This document shows, piece by piece, positions 12,401 to 25,421 of a stretch of DNA of 64,000 nucleotides; the stretch's first letter is position 1, and the number at the start of each line of letters is the position of its first letter. The notes under the pieces are model-generated. The model worked only from the letters and a program-made list of their open reading frames with translations. It made no database searches and was not told where the DNA came from. The stretch is from Convolutriloba macropyga. Taxonomy: Eukaryota. The stretch covers positions 24,676,001 to 24,740,000 of the forward strand of contig NC_134475.1 in the NCBI RefSeq assembly GCF_964194025.1, in the 5' to 3' direction. Made by a program: the position numbers and the translations under genes.

Positions 12401-15400
12401 TTAGAGAATTCGTTCCGATTTTACTGGCTTCGACACTGGTTTTTTCAGAAAAAAAAGTCAATTAATTTTTGATTTTTGTCATATTTGACGTTTTTTTGTA
12501 GACGTAAGACTTGTTCTGGATAATTGCAGGTCTCGAGGGCTTCCTTTGGAAGAATAAACGAACGTATTCAATTTGTTCATTTTGAAGTTAATGGCTTTCA
12601 TATCTTTGGAAATAAATTTTTTTTCGATAAAAACAAGTATTACATAATTTTGCTTTTTTCTTTTTGCCTAATTGATACCTAGTTTAACTAAAAAGAGGTC
12701 AGATAATACATTTCAAAGAAAGGTGTCAAAAGGGATTGGTATCACAAAATCTAATGTTTTACGAGAATTCGTTATGACTTTACTGGCTTCCACGCGGGTT
12801 TTTCACAAAAAGAAGTAAATGAATTTTTGATTTGTCATATTTGACGTTCTTTTTGTAGACGTAAGACATATTCTGGATAATTGTAGGTGTAAAGGGCTTT
12901 CTTTGGAAGAATGGACGAACCTATTCAAATTTTTTATTTTGTAATTAATGACTTTTACGTCTTTGGAAATAATTAAGTATTACATTATTTTGCATTTTTT
13001 TCTTTTTTGTCTAATTGTTGCTTATTTTCAGTAATGAGCGGCCACACAATACATTATCGGTGCTCGACGATGGTGTAATCAAACATATTTTTGGGCCAAA
13101 GTATGGCTTTACGGCTTCCAAAGCATTTTCTGGCAAGTTTTAATTGACTTTTAGTTTGTTGTCTATTTGTTGTTCTTTTTGTAACTGCATTAAAAATTGA
13201 ATACCAAGAGTTCTTCATTCTCTTCTATAGAAGCATTGGTAATTGTAAACCTTTGGGTGGTTTTAGTTGATTCCTAATGGTTTTATTACTTTGAAATTAA
13301 CTGTTTTTTTTTTTTTTTAAAAAAAGTTCAGCGAATTTTCTAACTTTAAAGTTTCTGTTCTCTTTTTGTCTAATTGTTACCAAGCTTTATTATGAACTGG
13401 TGAATAACCTTTTTTTTTTCTGGTGAATTACAAATTATTTTGTTTATTTTCAGTTTCATCTGACGCTATTTTGACTTTGTTTTTAAGTTTTTTTTTAAAA
13501 CGGACAAAAATTTTTTGACGTAATTAATGTTTGTTGTTGTTGTTTGATTTTGCCGTTCGTCTTCGCTCACTTTCTTAATATCGACATATCTCATCAATCT
13601 AATGCATCATTTTTTGCTCCACTGAGTTATTTGCTTTGGAGGCTATGTGTTTTTCCATCTGTGTTTTTCCATCTGTTCCTCATTTCCATCTGTGTTTTTC
13701 CATCTGTTCCTCATTTGCTAGACAATTATGCAAAAATTGTGGATGAACGGGGTCGAAACCTTATGTGCGATCGCACAATACCGAGCCGCCTTGTTATTTT
13801 TATTTAAAAAAATTGAAACACAGTCTGACCAAAACAATACGTTTTGTCTTGGTTTAACCCAACTGAACATTGACAATTAACGCAGACTCCCAAAAAAACT
13901 TATTCAAATCTTTCATTCAGATTTTACATAAAATTTATTTGAAAAAACCAAAAGTTGAAGAAATGCTGTGCACAAATTGAACATATCTCCACCGACAACT
14001 TCAAAAAACAAAAACAAAAGATCTTCCAACAATTCTTTTTGATGCATTTTTTTGATGAGTCAAGTACCATTAAGGTTGTCCAAAAGTTTCAAAGACAGGT
14101 TGTAGTTATTCGATACTTAAATTTTACAAACGGGAAGATTGAGGACGAGATAGTTTGAATTCAAAAAAACAGATGAATCAATTGCCAAAAACTTAATGGG
14201 AAAGTAAGCATATGAACAGAAAACTGAATTGAATTTTTGTGTTCAATAATTTCGCTTTTTATAATCTACGATTTAAAGTCTATATAGAACTTTTTGGCTG
14301 GCCAACGGTTGTACCCTAAGTTTGTTTCTTTATTAAAGAAACATTAATAGCTTCAATAATTAAGACATTTTGCGTGAACTCTTCGATTGGTTTTTGTTCT
14401 GAATCGCGTTTGTTTGTTGACAGATACCGTGGCTACATTCCCAAATACAAATTCCACGAAGGATACACCTATGGAAAAGGAACGCACGAAATGTACAAGG
14501 TTAGCTAGAGAAGCGTTTTTTTTTAATTCAAAGATTAAAATTGTATCTATTTAAAAGGAACAGTGCAGTGGAAATAAATTTTAGCAAGTGTCAAAATCAC
14601 ATCAGCTTAGTCAGATGAACTTAATGAATTCATCACGTCCGTAAAAAAATTATTCAGTCTAAATAGAGATTGGATCAGCCATTACAATCAATATATATTT
14701 AAAAATTTATAGCAATTCCCATTTACGAATTATCATTTATCATTTACAGATAATCATATTCTGGGGTGAATAGAAGGAGAATAATTCCATGTTTTGTTCA
14801 GATCCGACTAAATGACTTAGCAGACAAGGGTTTGAAACACACTGGGTCTATTCTGCCTCCTGTTGGGGCCACGACCGGAGGCATCACCCGACTGCAGAGG
14901 AGTGTGACACTACCCCCAGCTGATGGAGTGAACAAACTGACAGAAGAAATGAAGCCAGGGTACACAGGTGAACATTTAAGACTCAATACCGTGCGCTGTC
15001 AATGAGAGAATATGGGTGTTAATAGATCTCAAAGATCTCATTGTCAAGGATTTTGTAGTCGAGATCTTAAAAGATCTTTAAGTCTAATTCCTTGACAAAA
15101 ACTAGCAGAATGTCTTCTTCTCTTCAGGTTACGTTCCTAGACGTCCCTTCATCTTCGGAGGCACTTACAGAGCAGAGTGCGAGGACTGTGTGGAGGAGTT
15201 CCTCACCACTAAGAAGGAGAAGATATCAGACTTAGAGAGACTGGAGGCAGTGGTGAAGTCATACCCCAAGTTGCACCCCATCACCAAGCCAGAACTAGTC
15301 GTGAAGAAGTTGAACCACTTAAAGGACTACAAGGAAGGCGCACCCGCCATTGCAGGTACTCATGTTGTTCCACTCGGCCAGCTGAAGAGGTAGCGTTTTT

Positions 15401-18400
15401 CTGGTTGGTTTTTATAATTAAAAAACTGTTACTCGATATTCCGGCTACGAAACGACGCAGTCGCATAAAACGTTCATGCCAAAAAAGTAAAAACTAGCTT
15501 CTGAATATTTGGAAAGACATCAGCAATTGATGATGGTTTCGAGGTTCAAAACGAAATTGAGAAGGAGAAATCTGATTTCTTACAAAAGCTTGAACGAAGC
15601 GATAAGTTTGTGTTAATTGGACATCATTGGAATTGGTTACACGAGCTCTGTTTAAACGTAGGTCTGTTTTTTGTGGATGAAAATCCACGCTGAAATTGCT
15701 TTGTATATTTAAAGATAGTAATTTTTAATTTCAGAGGATAAGAGGACAGGAACAGAAGCGCCCATTCCGGGGTACACTGGTTATGTGCCACGGACACAGG
15801 TCACAGACACTGGATTGGGAGGGAGGTATCACGTGACGAGTGAGAAGGGGTTCAAGGACTTCTTCAAAAACTCCATGAGTCATGCCGCCACACTCGGAGT
15901 GCCCATTGACAGGTGAGTAGGACTCACAAGAAGAGCTAGTGAGACTTACAGCTCAGGCTTGATTTACATCTTAATTTTCTAAGTTGCTTGCTGCAAAGTA
16001 TCTATTTACAACAGGTAACATGTAACTTTGCAAGCTCTAACATTTTGAGATCTTTCCTTTTTTGGAGGAAACGTAAAATAAAACAGCGTAATTTTAGGTT
16101 AAATACTTTTGTGTTATAATTATCAAATCACAATTCACCAAACGTTATCGGTTAAAAATGAAATATGATGATCAAACTGAGGCTGTTCTTAAATGCTTTT
16201 AGATATAAATGTAATATTTAAAAAAACAATATGTCTGTGGGAGGGTACTTTTTGACAAATATGTCAAATTGATTGAAAAGAAAGGAACCATTGAAAACGT
16301 GTTTACAATTACGATAAGAATTCAAAGCTCCAATAAGTGAGGACAACCTACTCCACTTCTCAGCGCTTTTTGTATCAGAGAATTTTTTACTCCATTTTTC
16401 TCTATTTTTCTTTTTTTTTCGTACTGTTGTTTTGTTCTTAGGTTCTGCTTATTATTCAGAGGATTGGCCAAACTATTTAACTTTTCAGATAATCCTTAAT
16501 ACCATGAATCTATTTGAGGTTATGATTAGATAATTTTTGAGATAAAAATGTTTAGCTGGCAAGACAATAACTTTTAGGAGAAGATCACGAAAACTATCGA
16601 GCTTCATGGGTAAATAGCAATTTCGTTCCCATGCTAACTTGATTTAATAGCTGTATATTTCTAGCAGCTAAAGTCTCAAGAAAAATCTGCTGAACTACAG
16701 ATGTGAACGCGCAATTGTTTTGAAAGCAACATTTCCATCTTTCAAAAATAATTTCTGTTGTTTCTCACAACATTTAATCAACGGTTAGTTGATTTTCGAC
16801 AATAATTTTGCATCAGTTTGAATACCATGGTAACGGCAGCTTGAATCGAGTTTTATAAGTTCGCCTTCCAAAAAAACCTTGATTTTCTTCAGGCATCTGA
16901 CTGATATTTGAAACTGAGCAATTCCATTTACGCTGCAATTAGAGGCAGCGTATTTTTGATCAGATAGTTATCTGTTCCTTCCTGAACTCTTCCGAAATTT
17001 CTAAAATATTTTTTGCTTTCTCAAACCAGCAGATCAAACTCTTAACTAGTTTCGTATGATCTGCAAGCTGAACAAAAAGAAAATGGCCTATACTATATCC
17101 GGAGAAGTCATTAACAAGATAAAATGAAAGATAAGTCAAAATAAAATTTAAACAAATGTTCTTTCCAAACAACAATCGAATGTAATTTAAACTGCTTATA
17201 TTCCAGTTAAAGCAGAAAACTGATCTACCACTAAAAATTAGTTGATCGGAAGGTTAGAAATTGTTTTAGTTTCAATGAAAACCTTCATACTTTTAGTGTA
17301 ATTAAGGAAAAACCTCCAAATTGACAAAGTTGACCAAATTGATCTGTTTCTTCCTAAAAACTGTTTTAAATAAATTTATTTGAATTCCAACTTTTATGAG
17401 CTCTCGAATGAAACTTTATTAATTTGATTTTAAAGAATGAATGCTCGGAAATTTTGGGTTGATAACATTGTGTTTTTTAAATTTTATTGCAGATTTTTTC
17501 AATAGAAAACGTTTTTAAACAAAATTGTTAATTTCTAATTATTTGTAAAACCGAGCATTTTTGAAATTTTTAAAATTATTTTTAACCGAAACTTTTTGAT
17601 TCTTTATGTTGTTTACGAAACAATGTTACAAAATTATGTACGTTCGCTTTAATTTTATCGCCTCTAATATTGAAGTTCAAGAAACAAATGCAACAATTTG
17701 TGCTTAAATGTGTAGAAAATTTGGTATAAATTACACTAAACACGTATTTGGGGAATGAATTCTGGTTAAATTTACGTTAAATTGTTTGAAAATGCTATAT
17801 TTTGGGCAGAAACTCAGTAAAAACTAGACATATGTTACTCTAAATATGATTTGGGGGGATGAATTTTGGTTAAAATTCGGCTATTTAGTGTGAAAATACT
17901 AAAATTCGACTGTGAAATTGGTGAAAATCGGCTAAAGGGTAGAATAATTAGGTGTTGGGGTGGCGAAATTTGGATAATTTTTGGTTATTTGGGATGTAGA
18001 TGCTAAAATTTAACCATAAATTTGGTAAAAATTGGGTCAAAAATAGACTAAACAGGTTTTGGGGGGATGAATTCTGTATAAATTTCGATTATATAGAGTG
18101 AAAATACTAAAAATCAACCATAAGTTTGGTGAAAATTGGGTTAAAAACAATTAAATGTGTTTTGGGTGGATAAAATCTGGTTGAATTTCGTTTATTTAAA
18201 GTGTAAATACTAAAATTTAACCATAAATTTAATGAAAATTGGGTGAAAATTAGGCTAAGTAGGTTTTGGGGGGATGATTTTTGGTTATATTTTGACTATA
18301 AAGTGTTAAAATACTTCAATTATCATATAAAAAAACCAAAAATCGGACATAGATTACCCCCACCCGGGTCGGAACAATTTTACAAGAGCAAAAAATCAGT

Positions 18401-21093
18401 TGCCTGTTACTATTTTAATGTAAATTTACTGTATTTCGGCCGTAAATTTGATATAAATTACTCTATTTGTTTGTCTATTAGTGTGCTTTCACTTCTGTGG
18501 TAGTGGTTATTTTTCTAGTTTAATACGATCGGATTGAAAAACAAAAATTCAGGCGTGATTCTTTCCTCTGGGCGCACCAGTTATCAAATTTGGCTGGGCT
18601 GCTACATATCTCACAATACGGGATCTCTTTATGTACGCCAATCAAACTTGACAAAAGATATAACAAATCGAAGGCAAAGATATATGCCTAAGACCTGTCT
18701 GTGCTATAAGTCACAATTTAAAATAGTTGGGGGGCTGAAAGTGTTAAATTTATAAAAGAGTAAATATAAAATTACAGCTTACTAATTACCAGTTGCGTTG
18801 TGGTGGAATCGAGATGAGCAGCAAGGCGATCGTTCAGTTGAGTAGTTCTTCAGTTTTGACAAGAAAAGAAATTTATGAAATTGAATCTAGGAATATTTGT
18901 TTAAGTTTTTAAACAATGTTGTTCGAATATTTTTTTGGTCAAAGTTTTAAGTGGTTTTTCGAAAAAAAATGAAAGCAGTTGTTTGCTACTGACTTCTGGA
19001 AGTTGGTTCTGTCTCTCTAATTTTGTTTCGTCCTACTTCGCTGAGAGAAACAATAAATCCCCCTCAGCTCCGTTTGAGCCGATAGGGAGCGAATCACAAA
19101 CTCACGTTCATAGTGAGGTGCTTCTTAATTTTCCTATTGGCCGAGAAGGCAAGAGAAATAACTCTTTTTTATCTTACGGAAAATTATTGAAACTCCAAAA
19201 AATAATAAAAACCTAAAAAGATGAGAGCATCAATTATTGATCACGTAGGCGCCTGTTTTCTGCGTTTCCCCTCTTCTAAAACCGCAACAATTATGGTTTT
19301 CTTGGGGGCTTTTTATGAGACTCTATTGTCTTTTCCCCTGAAGCAATCTGCTTCATCTTTATTGAACTTGGGGAAAAGGATCTGCATTGCAACTGTCAAA
19401 AGCAGAAGTAATTTAAATCAAACGAAAGTGTGGTTATACAGGCCGCCTAGGTTCAACAAAGTACGTTTTCTATCCTGGATATAAGCGAGGAGATCCAGGC
19501 CTAAAGTTGTGTTATTTAAATAAGTCGAACTGAGTTATTTAAATACTTGTGTACTGGTAGTCTTAACAAGCGTTAGTTTGTTTAGCGCGCGGCGAAAGAA
19601 TGGTTAATTAGCGCCTTAATACGTTCGCTCTAATGCGGGATTAATTATCCGTTCATTTGTAACGGCTCTCGTAATACTACAGTGCTCTTTACAACAAATG
19701 TGTGATTTCTCACTACCAATAGAGATGCATATTTAGATATCAGCACGCCGCTCGTTTTGCCATTTTTAATAGCGAATTAACAAAAACAGAAAAGAAAAAG
19801 GCTGCAGTAATTCTTATATGAATAATCTGATCTTTAACAATGAGAATTGTTTTCGAATTTTCAATTCATTTATTATTTTTGGTTATTAAAAAGGCAACAA
19901 GCAAATTTTATCATATGCTGCCGAAAATTAAAAAGAAAACGAAACTGTATTTAGGGTTCTTGGTTGTATGAAGACGGATTTTCTGTTCGATTTTCACCTT
20001 CCCTAACTTAGGACAAAGAAAGTGGAACCTTTACTAACAAAATGTTAAATAACCTTCAAACGCACATACAGGTTGTTGACGATCAAATTTAAAGAACACG
20101 AAACAATAATTGGAGAAAAATATCAAGGGATTTCTTGCTATAGTTTCAAAAGCAAAGAGTGCATCAATGATTCTAACCACAATCGATTTTTAAATTCATA
20201 CCGAATATCGTAGCAGGAGCACGACAATGTGTGACCAGACGATTTAACTTTAGCATTTAAGACTAACCAAAAAGTTTTCAATAATTTTTGGCAGTGCTTT
20301 GCAGTTGAACGGCTGGAGCATTGTGCAAACGCATGTTACAGATTCTCCTTGTTAAAATTCCAGCTTGATATATATAATTATTTTTCAACAAACGTTGTCT
20401 TTTATGATGTAGGAAGACTTTGTTGCCAAGTGGGGAGGAGGCCATTTTCAGGATGGGTTCCTGTGATGACATGGATAGGCGTCTCTACCACCAGACGGGC
20501 ATGCTCCCGAAATATACTGGATACCTACCACGTAAGACACACATAACAACACAAACACTTACCATGTCTGTACAAAAACTACCCTCTCATTAAGAAAGGA
20601 AATTTTTTTCTGAGATTTCTCATTGATACTCGGAAACCGAAAAATAATTTTATTTCTATTTGAAATTTTCTTAAATCAATTAATCAACGAATTATCTTTT
20701 ATTTAACTTTTCCCAATGTCCTATGTTTCAAGGCCTTAAATTTCTTTTCATGTAAGCATTTCTGAAAAATGCGCAGTAATAAGAAATATAACCCAAAGTA
20801 CAATGATTGACTTGGTAATTAACTCATTGAAATTTTAATAGTAAACTGAAAATGCAAGAATGTTTTGTCTTGAATTAGGTGTAAATGTTGTAATGATTAT
20901 ACAAAACTTTTCCTTCTTCTCTCCTTTCGTGAATCGTGAATTCTGTTTTTTTTCAGATGAGCCTTACGCCTTTGGAAAGACTTACGGCAATATGAGCAGA
21001 AGTCTATCTGTGTGTGGACACGAGTTCCCAACCTATGGAATACACAAGGCCAACGAGAGACGACTACTTGCCTCGAAAAGCGCTCGGCAGTGA
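9340..21093 (+). CDS. FAM166/CIMIP2/C10orf82(SPMIP5)-like ciliary microtubule inner protein, 335 aa, 7 exons: join(9340..9443,14424..14499,14802..14967,15128..15355,15735..15912,20413..20531,20957..21093)
   Basis: All introns are GT-AG with consistent phases (2,0,1,1,2,1); 1008 nt in total. Four repeats MVPGYRGYIP, MKPGYTGYVP, PIPGYTGYVP and MLPKYTGYLP, each followed by a G-x-[TR]-Y motif, typical of FAM166-family PYG-repeat proteins. Confidence 0.88.
10787..13795 (+). mobile_element. Non-autonomous Helentron-type element (HINE/DINE-1-like), family 1, copy 1, in intron 1 of the FAM166-like gene
   Basis: 5' TTGTTCCGACCC plus hairpin CCCCTCT-TG-AGAGGGG; 3' subterminal inverted repeat GGGTCGAAAC, palindrome TGTGCGATCGCACA, end CCTTGTT; no TSD; internal ~350-bp duplication; homologous to the other copies. 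Confidence 0.75.
14424..14499 (+). CDS. FAM166-like gene exon 2
   Basis: TTGACAG|A YRGYIPKYKFHEGYTYGKGTHEMYK |GTTAGC. Confidence 0.85.
14802..14967 (+). CDS. FAM166-like gene exon 3
   Basis: TTGTTCAG| IRLNDLADKG...EEMKPGYT G|GTGAAC. Confidence 0.85.
15128..15355 (+). CDS. FAM166-like gene exon 4
   Basis: CTTCAG|GT YVPRRPFIFGGTYRAECEDC...GAPAIA G|GTACTC. Confidence 0.88.
15735..15912 (+). CDS. FAM166-like gene exon 5
   Basis: TTTCAG|AG DKRTGTEAPIPGYTGYVPRTQ...LGVPID AG|GTGAGT. Confidence 0.88.
17745..18377 (-). repeat. ~104-bp degenerate tandem array (6 units) abutting a HINE-type 5' end (GGGTCGGAACAA, 18366-18377)
   Basis: GGGGGATGAATT[C/T]TGG-like cores at ~17750, 17853, 17957, 18061, 18164 and 18268. 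Confidence 0.65.
20413..20531 (+). CDS. FAM166-like gene exon 6
   Basis: TGTAG|G KTLLPSGEEAIFRMGSCDDMDRRLYHQTGMLPKYTGYLP C|GTAAGA. Confidence 0.85.
20957..21093 (+). CDS. FAM166-like gene exon 7 (terminal)
   Basis: TTTTCAG|AT EPYAFGKTYGNMSRSLSVC...SKSARQ-TGA; AATAAA near 21244. Confidence 0.88.
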
Positions 21094-21116
21094 TATTACG
21101 TAACACCACCGCCTCA

Positions 21117-23480
21117 CACACCAATAGCAGCTCATGGCTGTTACGTAACATAATGATGTCATTTGTTCATATCTGCGCGATTCTTCCCCTGAAGTCCATC
21201 ATACTTTAGTCACTCGCTGAACTTTTTGGCGATAGAATGAAGTAATAAAAAAATTAGTATTTTGTTTATAAACTAAGACTCTATAAATGATGTTTATTCT
21301 AAACTACGATTACATCCGAAACTAAGCTGATATCATTTTAATTCAGATTTCAGATAAAAATTATTTATTTTTAATAGCCGCGCCCTCAATTCCAGGCGGC
21401 TATTATAGCGCTCCTAAATTTTTTACAGTTCAAAGAATTTGAATTGTATTGGGCGCTGTGTTTTTACGACTCGAAGAAGAGTATTGGAGAAGTCCTTTTT
21501 TACGACTCGAAGAGGAGTATCGGAGAAGTCTTTTTTACGACTCGAAGAGGAGTATTGGAGAAGTCCTTTTTTAATCAATTTTATTGGAGTGAATTTTGAA
21601 GCGGGAAATGAAACACGTGAAAAAATTTTGGAGTGATTTTGTTGCTGAACAAAACGAAGAGAGGAGTGAAAAGAGAGTGGTTTTTTGTTCATATCGCTGT
21701 TTTCTAGAGAGCGAGATATTGAGGTGTGAAAAAAATTCAAAAAGCGTGCGAAATTTTTTGTTCACGTGCGGCATTTTCTCATTTTTTTGTTTGGTTAAGA
21801 GGTTTCGTTATGATTTGGTTTTAATTTTAGGCTGGGTTTGCTGGTGGTTTGAAGGTTTCTGAAAATTTATGTGAATTTTATGCTAATTGGGATGGTTTTC
21901 ATGTATTTTGCTGATTTTTGGGCTAATTTTTACGATTTTTTTAGTATTGTTTTGTTTTACTGCCTCAAATGAGTATTGAAGATACCCTTATTACTTGCGC
22001 ATTTTTTTTAACATGTGGTTTCAGTTTTGTGGATATGAAGCTTTTTTTTGTTGAGCAATGACGAAAAATGTTGAAAAATGGAATTAATTTTCCTAATTTT
22101 TTTGCAGTTTTTCGGTTTTTTTTGTTCTTTTGACAAGTTTCTTAACCTATTATGACTTGCCTATTGTTTTGCGAATATCTGGGTACCATATTGGGCTGAA
22201 AAAAATTTTTGTTTAGATCTATGTGCTTTTATAATATTAAAAAAAAATATTAAATTTTTTCCAGTTTTTTTAGTCAAAGTTGATTGAAAGAGCTTATTTT
22301 TTCAAGATTTGGCTTCAAGTATTTTTTAAAAATAATTCACAGACCAATAGCATCCCATGGCTGTTACGTAACATAATGATGTTCCATCATACTTTAGTCA
22401 CTCGCTGAACTTTTTGGCGATAGAATGAAGTAATAAAAAAAGTAATTTTTTTATAAACCAAGACTCTATAAATGATGTTTATTGTAAACTACGATTACAT
22501 CCGAAACTAAGCTGATATCATTTTAATTCAGATTTCAGATAAAAAATTATTTATTTTTAATAGCCGCGCCCTCAATTCCAGGCGGCTATTATAGCGCTCC
22601 TAAATTTTTTACGATTCAAAGAATTTGAATAGTATTGGGGCGTTGTGTTTTTACGACTCGAAGAACAGTATTGGAGAAGTCCTTTTTTACGACTCGAAGA
22701 GGAGTATTGGAGAAGTCCTTTTGTTAATCATTTTTATTGGAGTGAATTTTGAAACGGGAAATGAAACACGTGAAAAACTTTTGAAGTGATTTTGTTGCTG
22801 AACAAACCGAAGAGCGGAGCGAAAAAAGAATGGTTTTTTGTTCATATCGCTGTTTTCTAGAGAGCCAGATATTGAGGTGTGAAAACGATTATAAATGCGT
22901 GCGAAAATTTTTGTTCAAGTGCGGCATTTTCTCATTTTTTTGGTAAGGAGGTTTCGTTATGATTTGGTTTTAATTTTAGGCTGGGTTTGCTGGTGGTTTG
23001 AAGGTTTCTGAAAATTTATGTGAATTTTATGCTAATTGGGATGGTTTTCATGTATTTTGCTGATTTTTGGGCTAATTTTTACGATTTTTTTAGTATTGTT
23101 TTGTTTTACTGCCTCAAATGAGTATTGAGGAAACCCCTATTACTTGTGCATTTTTTAGTTAACATGTGGTTTCAGTTTAGTGGATATGAAGCATTTTTTT
23201 GTTGAGCAATGACGAAAAATGTTGAAAAATGGAACTAATTTTCATAACTTTTTGCAGTTTTTCGGTTTTTTCTGTTCTTTTGACAATTTTCTTAACCTAT
23301 TATGACTTGCCTTTTGTTTTGCGAGCATCTGGGTACCATATTGGGCTGAAAAAAATTTTTGTTTAGATCTATGTGCTTTTATAATATTAAAAAATATATT
23401 AAATTTTTTCCAGTTTTTAGGCAAAGTTGTTTGTAAGAGCTTATTTTTTCATGATTTGATTTCAAGTTTTTTTTAAAAAT
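21117..23480 (+). repeat. ~1.2-kb direct tandem duplication beginning in the 3' UTR of the FAM166-like gene; contains a 36-bp minisatellite
   Basis: CCAATAGCA..CATGGCTGTTACGTAACATAATGATG at 21121 and 22343, collinear thereafter. TTTTACGACTCGAAGAGGAGTATTGGAGAAGTCC x3 in copy 1 and x2 in copy 2. Confidence 0.9.
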
Positions 23481-25364
23481 CTCATAAATGGTTTTAGTAG
23501 TTGATGTGTGGTATTGATGAAGTAATTAAGGCAGAGATAGTTTTTTGGGGTATCATTTTATGACAGAATTTGATCAGATTTTTTATCATATTTCAATAGA
23601 TTTGATTTTTTTTTACTTTTTGTTTTATGGTTTTATTTCAAGATAATCGTAAATAATTGGAGGCGTTTGTTTGACGAGTAGGAGGTTTTGTATGATGAGT
23701 AGGATGGCATATAAGTGGATTTCGATTCGTTTCCGGAATTCTTCCGGCTATGTTTTTTTTAAGATGTGTTCACACATTTTTCAATGACTTTGATATTTCA
23801 AAACGGGATAAACAGGTAAAGCCCAGCGGGCATTAAGTTCCATTAAAGGCCCAAAGTGAGCTTCATTAGTCCTTCATGTGCTTAGTCTGATGCAACTGCT
23901 GGCATGGCCTTAATTAAAGGTTAAAAAGCCATTTTGACGATTTTTTGGACTAAAAATGTTGCAATTTTTCATGTTTTTTTGTAAATTTTTTTGTTTTAGT
24001 CCTATGTTGAAGTTTTTGAAAAATGATGAAGGCCTTTTGCAAGACAAAATAACTTGTTATGACCGTTTTATGAGCTAAATGTTTTGGTACTACGAAAACA
24101 AACATGCAAAATTATACTAATTTTTGCAATTTTTTTCAAGTTTTGTCATTTTTTGAGTTTTTCCAGCTTCAGGGGCCATGAAATATCCTTTGTGGTTTGA
24201 AAATGGAGCAATGCATGGTTTTTAGTAATAATGGATTGGTTTTCAACATTTTAATGACTCGAATTTTTGCTTTTTTTAAATAACATTGGCAATTTTTTTT
24301 TAGGTTTCCTTAAATTTTAGTCAATTGTTGATATTTATCCGTTCTCAAGTGCCAGAAAAGCTATTCCGTGGTCTGGTAAAAATTAACATTAACAACTTTA
24401 ATTTGCAATTTTGTTCAAAAAAGTTGTCTTATATTCAGTTTTTCTTGCCTCAGTAGCCAGCTAACCTCATCCAGGGTTTGATAATAAGTTATTAGATAGC
24501 TGATATTTTTTCTAAAAGTTATTGCCTATCGATCTTTGAGCCAATGCATTTTTTATTGCTTGAAATTGGGTTAACGGACAGCCTCTAGAGACACAGAAAT
24601 GATTCTGAAGATATTAATCTCTTAATTTTCAGCAATATTTTTTTAAGTTTTTTAATTGATTTCATTTTTTTTTTATTTTTCGGTCAATTTTGAGTCAATC
24701 AATCTTCATGGGCCAATGAATTTTTTCAGATCGTGCAGATATAATACTGGACCGATTTCAAAAACAAAAAGTGGTCTTGAACATATTTTTGAAACATGTA
24801 TTTTCAAAGGGATGAAATTTTTCTGAGGGAAAAAAGCTTCAAGATTATTAGTAGTCAGTATTTTTTGTTTAGTTTGTTTGATTGTTGTAGTTTCTCATTT
24901 TTTGATGTTTTGGCTGGCTTTGTTCAATTGATCTGCTGGCCAGATAGAGTTCTTTTAAGTTTTTCATTCAATTCTTTGAATTGTAATTCAGGACTTGTCC
25001 TGCTATGTTTTTTTTACTTCGTGTAACAGATCGTCGTTTCGTCTTACCCTGACTACTTAGAATTGACTTTTTCAATGACTTACCTCACTCAAAAAAGTGA
25101 CTTTTGAACTCACTTATGGAACTATAAATTTTATGAACATTTACTTGTTAAAGATCAATAGTGTGCATCTAAGTATTGCCAAACTTATATGCTCTAATTC
25201 TTGATTATTAGAGTCTCGAGTTTTTGATTTCGAATATTAATTTTGGGATGTTCTCCGTTTTGGGATGTTCTCCACAGAGCACGTGTCATTACGTAGTAAG
25301 CCATTATGTAAAAAATATTGCACGTGCATCTGGGGGTGAAAATTTTATGCCCCCACTAATCTGA

Positions 25365-25421
25365 GGGGGCACAAACGGAAAAGATCCTAATTTTCAGAAG
25401 CCCTATTAGGGCTTCCTCCTT
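25365..25421 (+). mobile_element. 3' terminus of a second HINE-like family
   Basis: GGGGGCACAAA (reverse complement of TTTGTGCCCCC at 28611), then perfect hairpin GAAGCCCTA-T-TAGGGCTTC and CTCCTT end. Confidence 0.45.

Noticed and set aside
21461-21570. CRISPR-like 36-bp repeats
   Set aside because: Head-to-tail with no spacers; a minisatellite.
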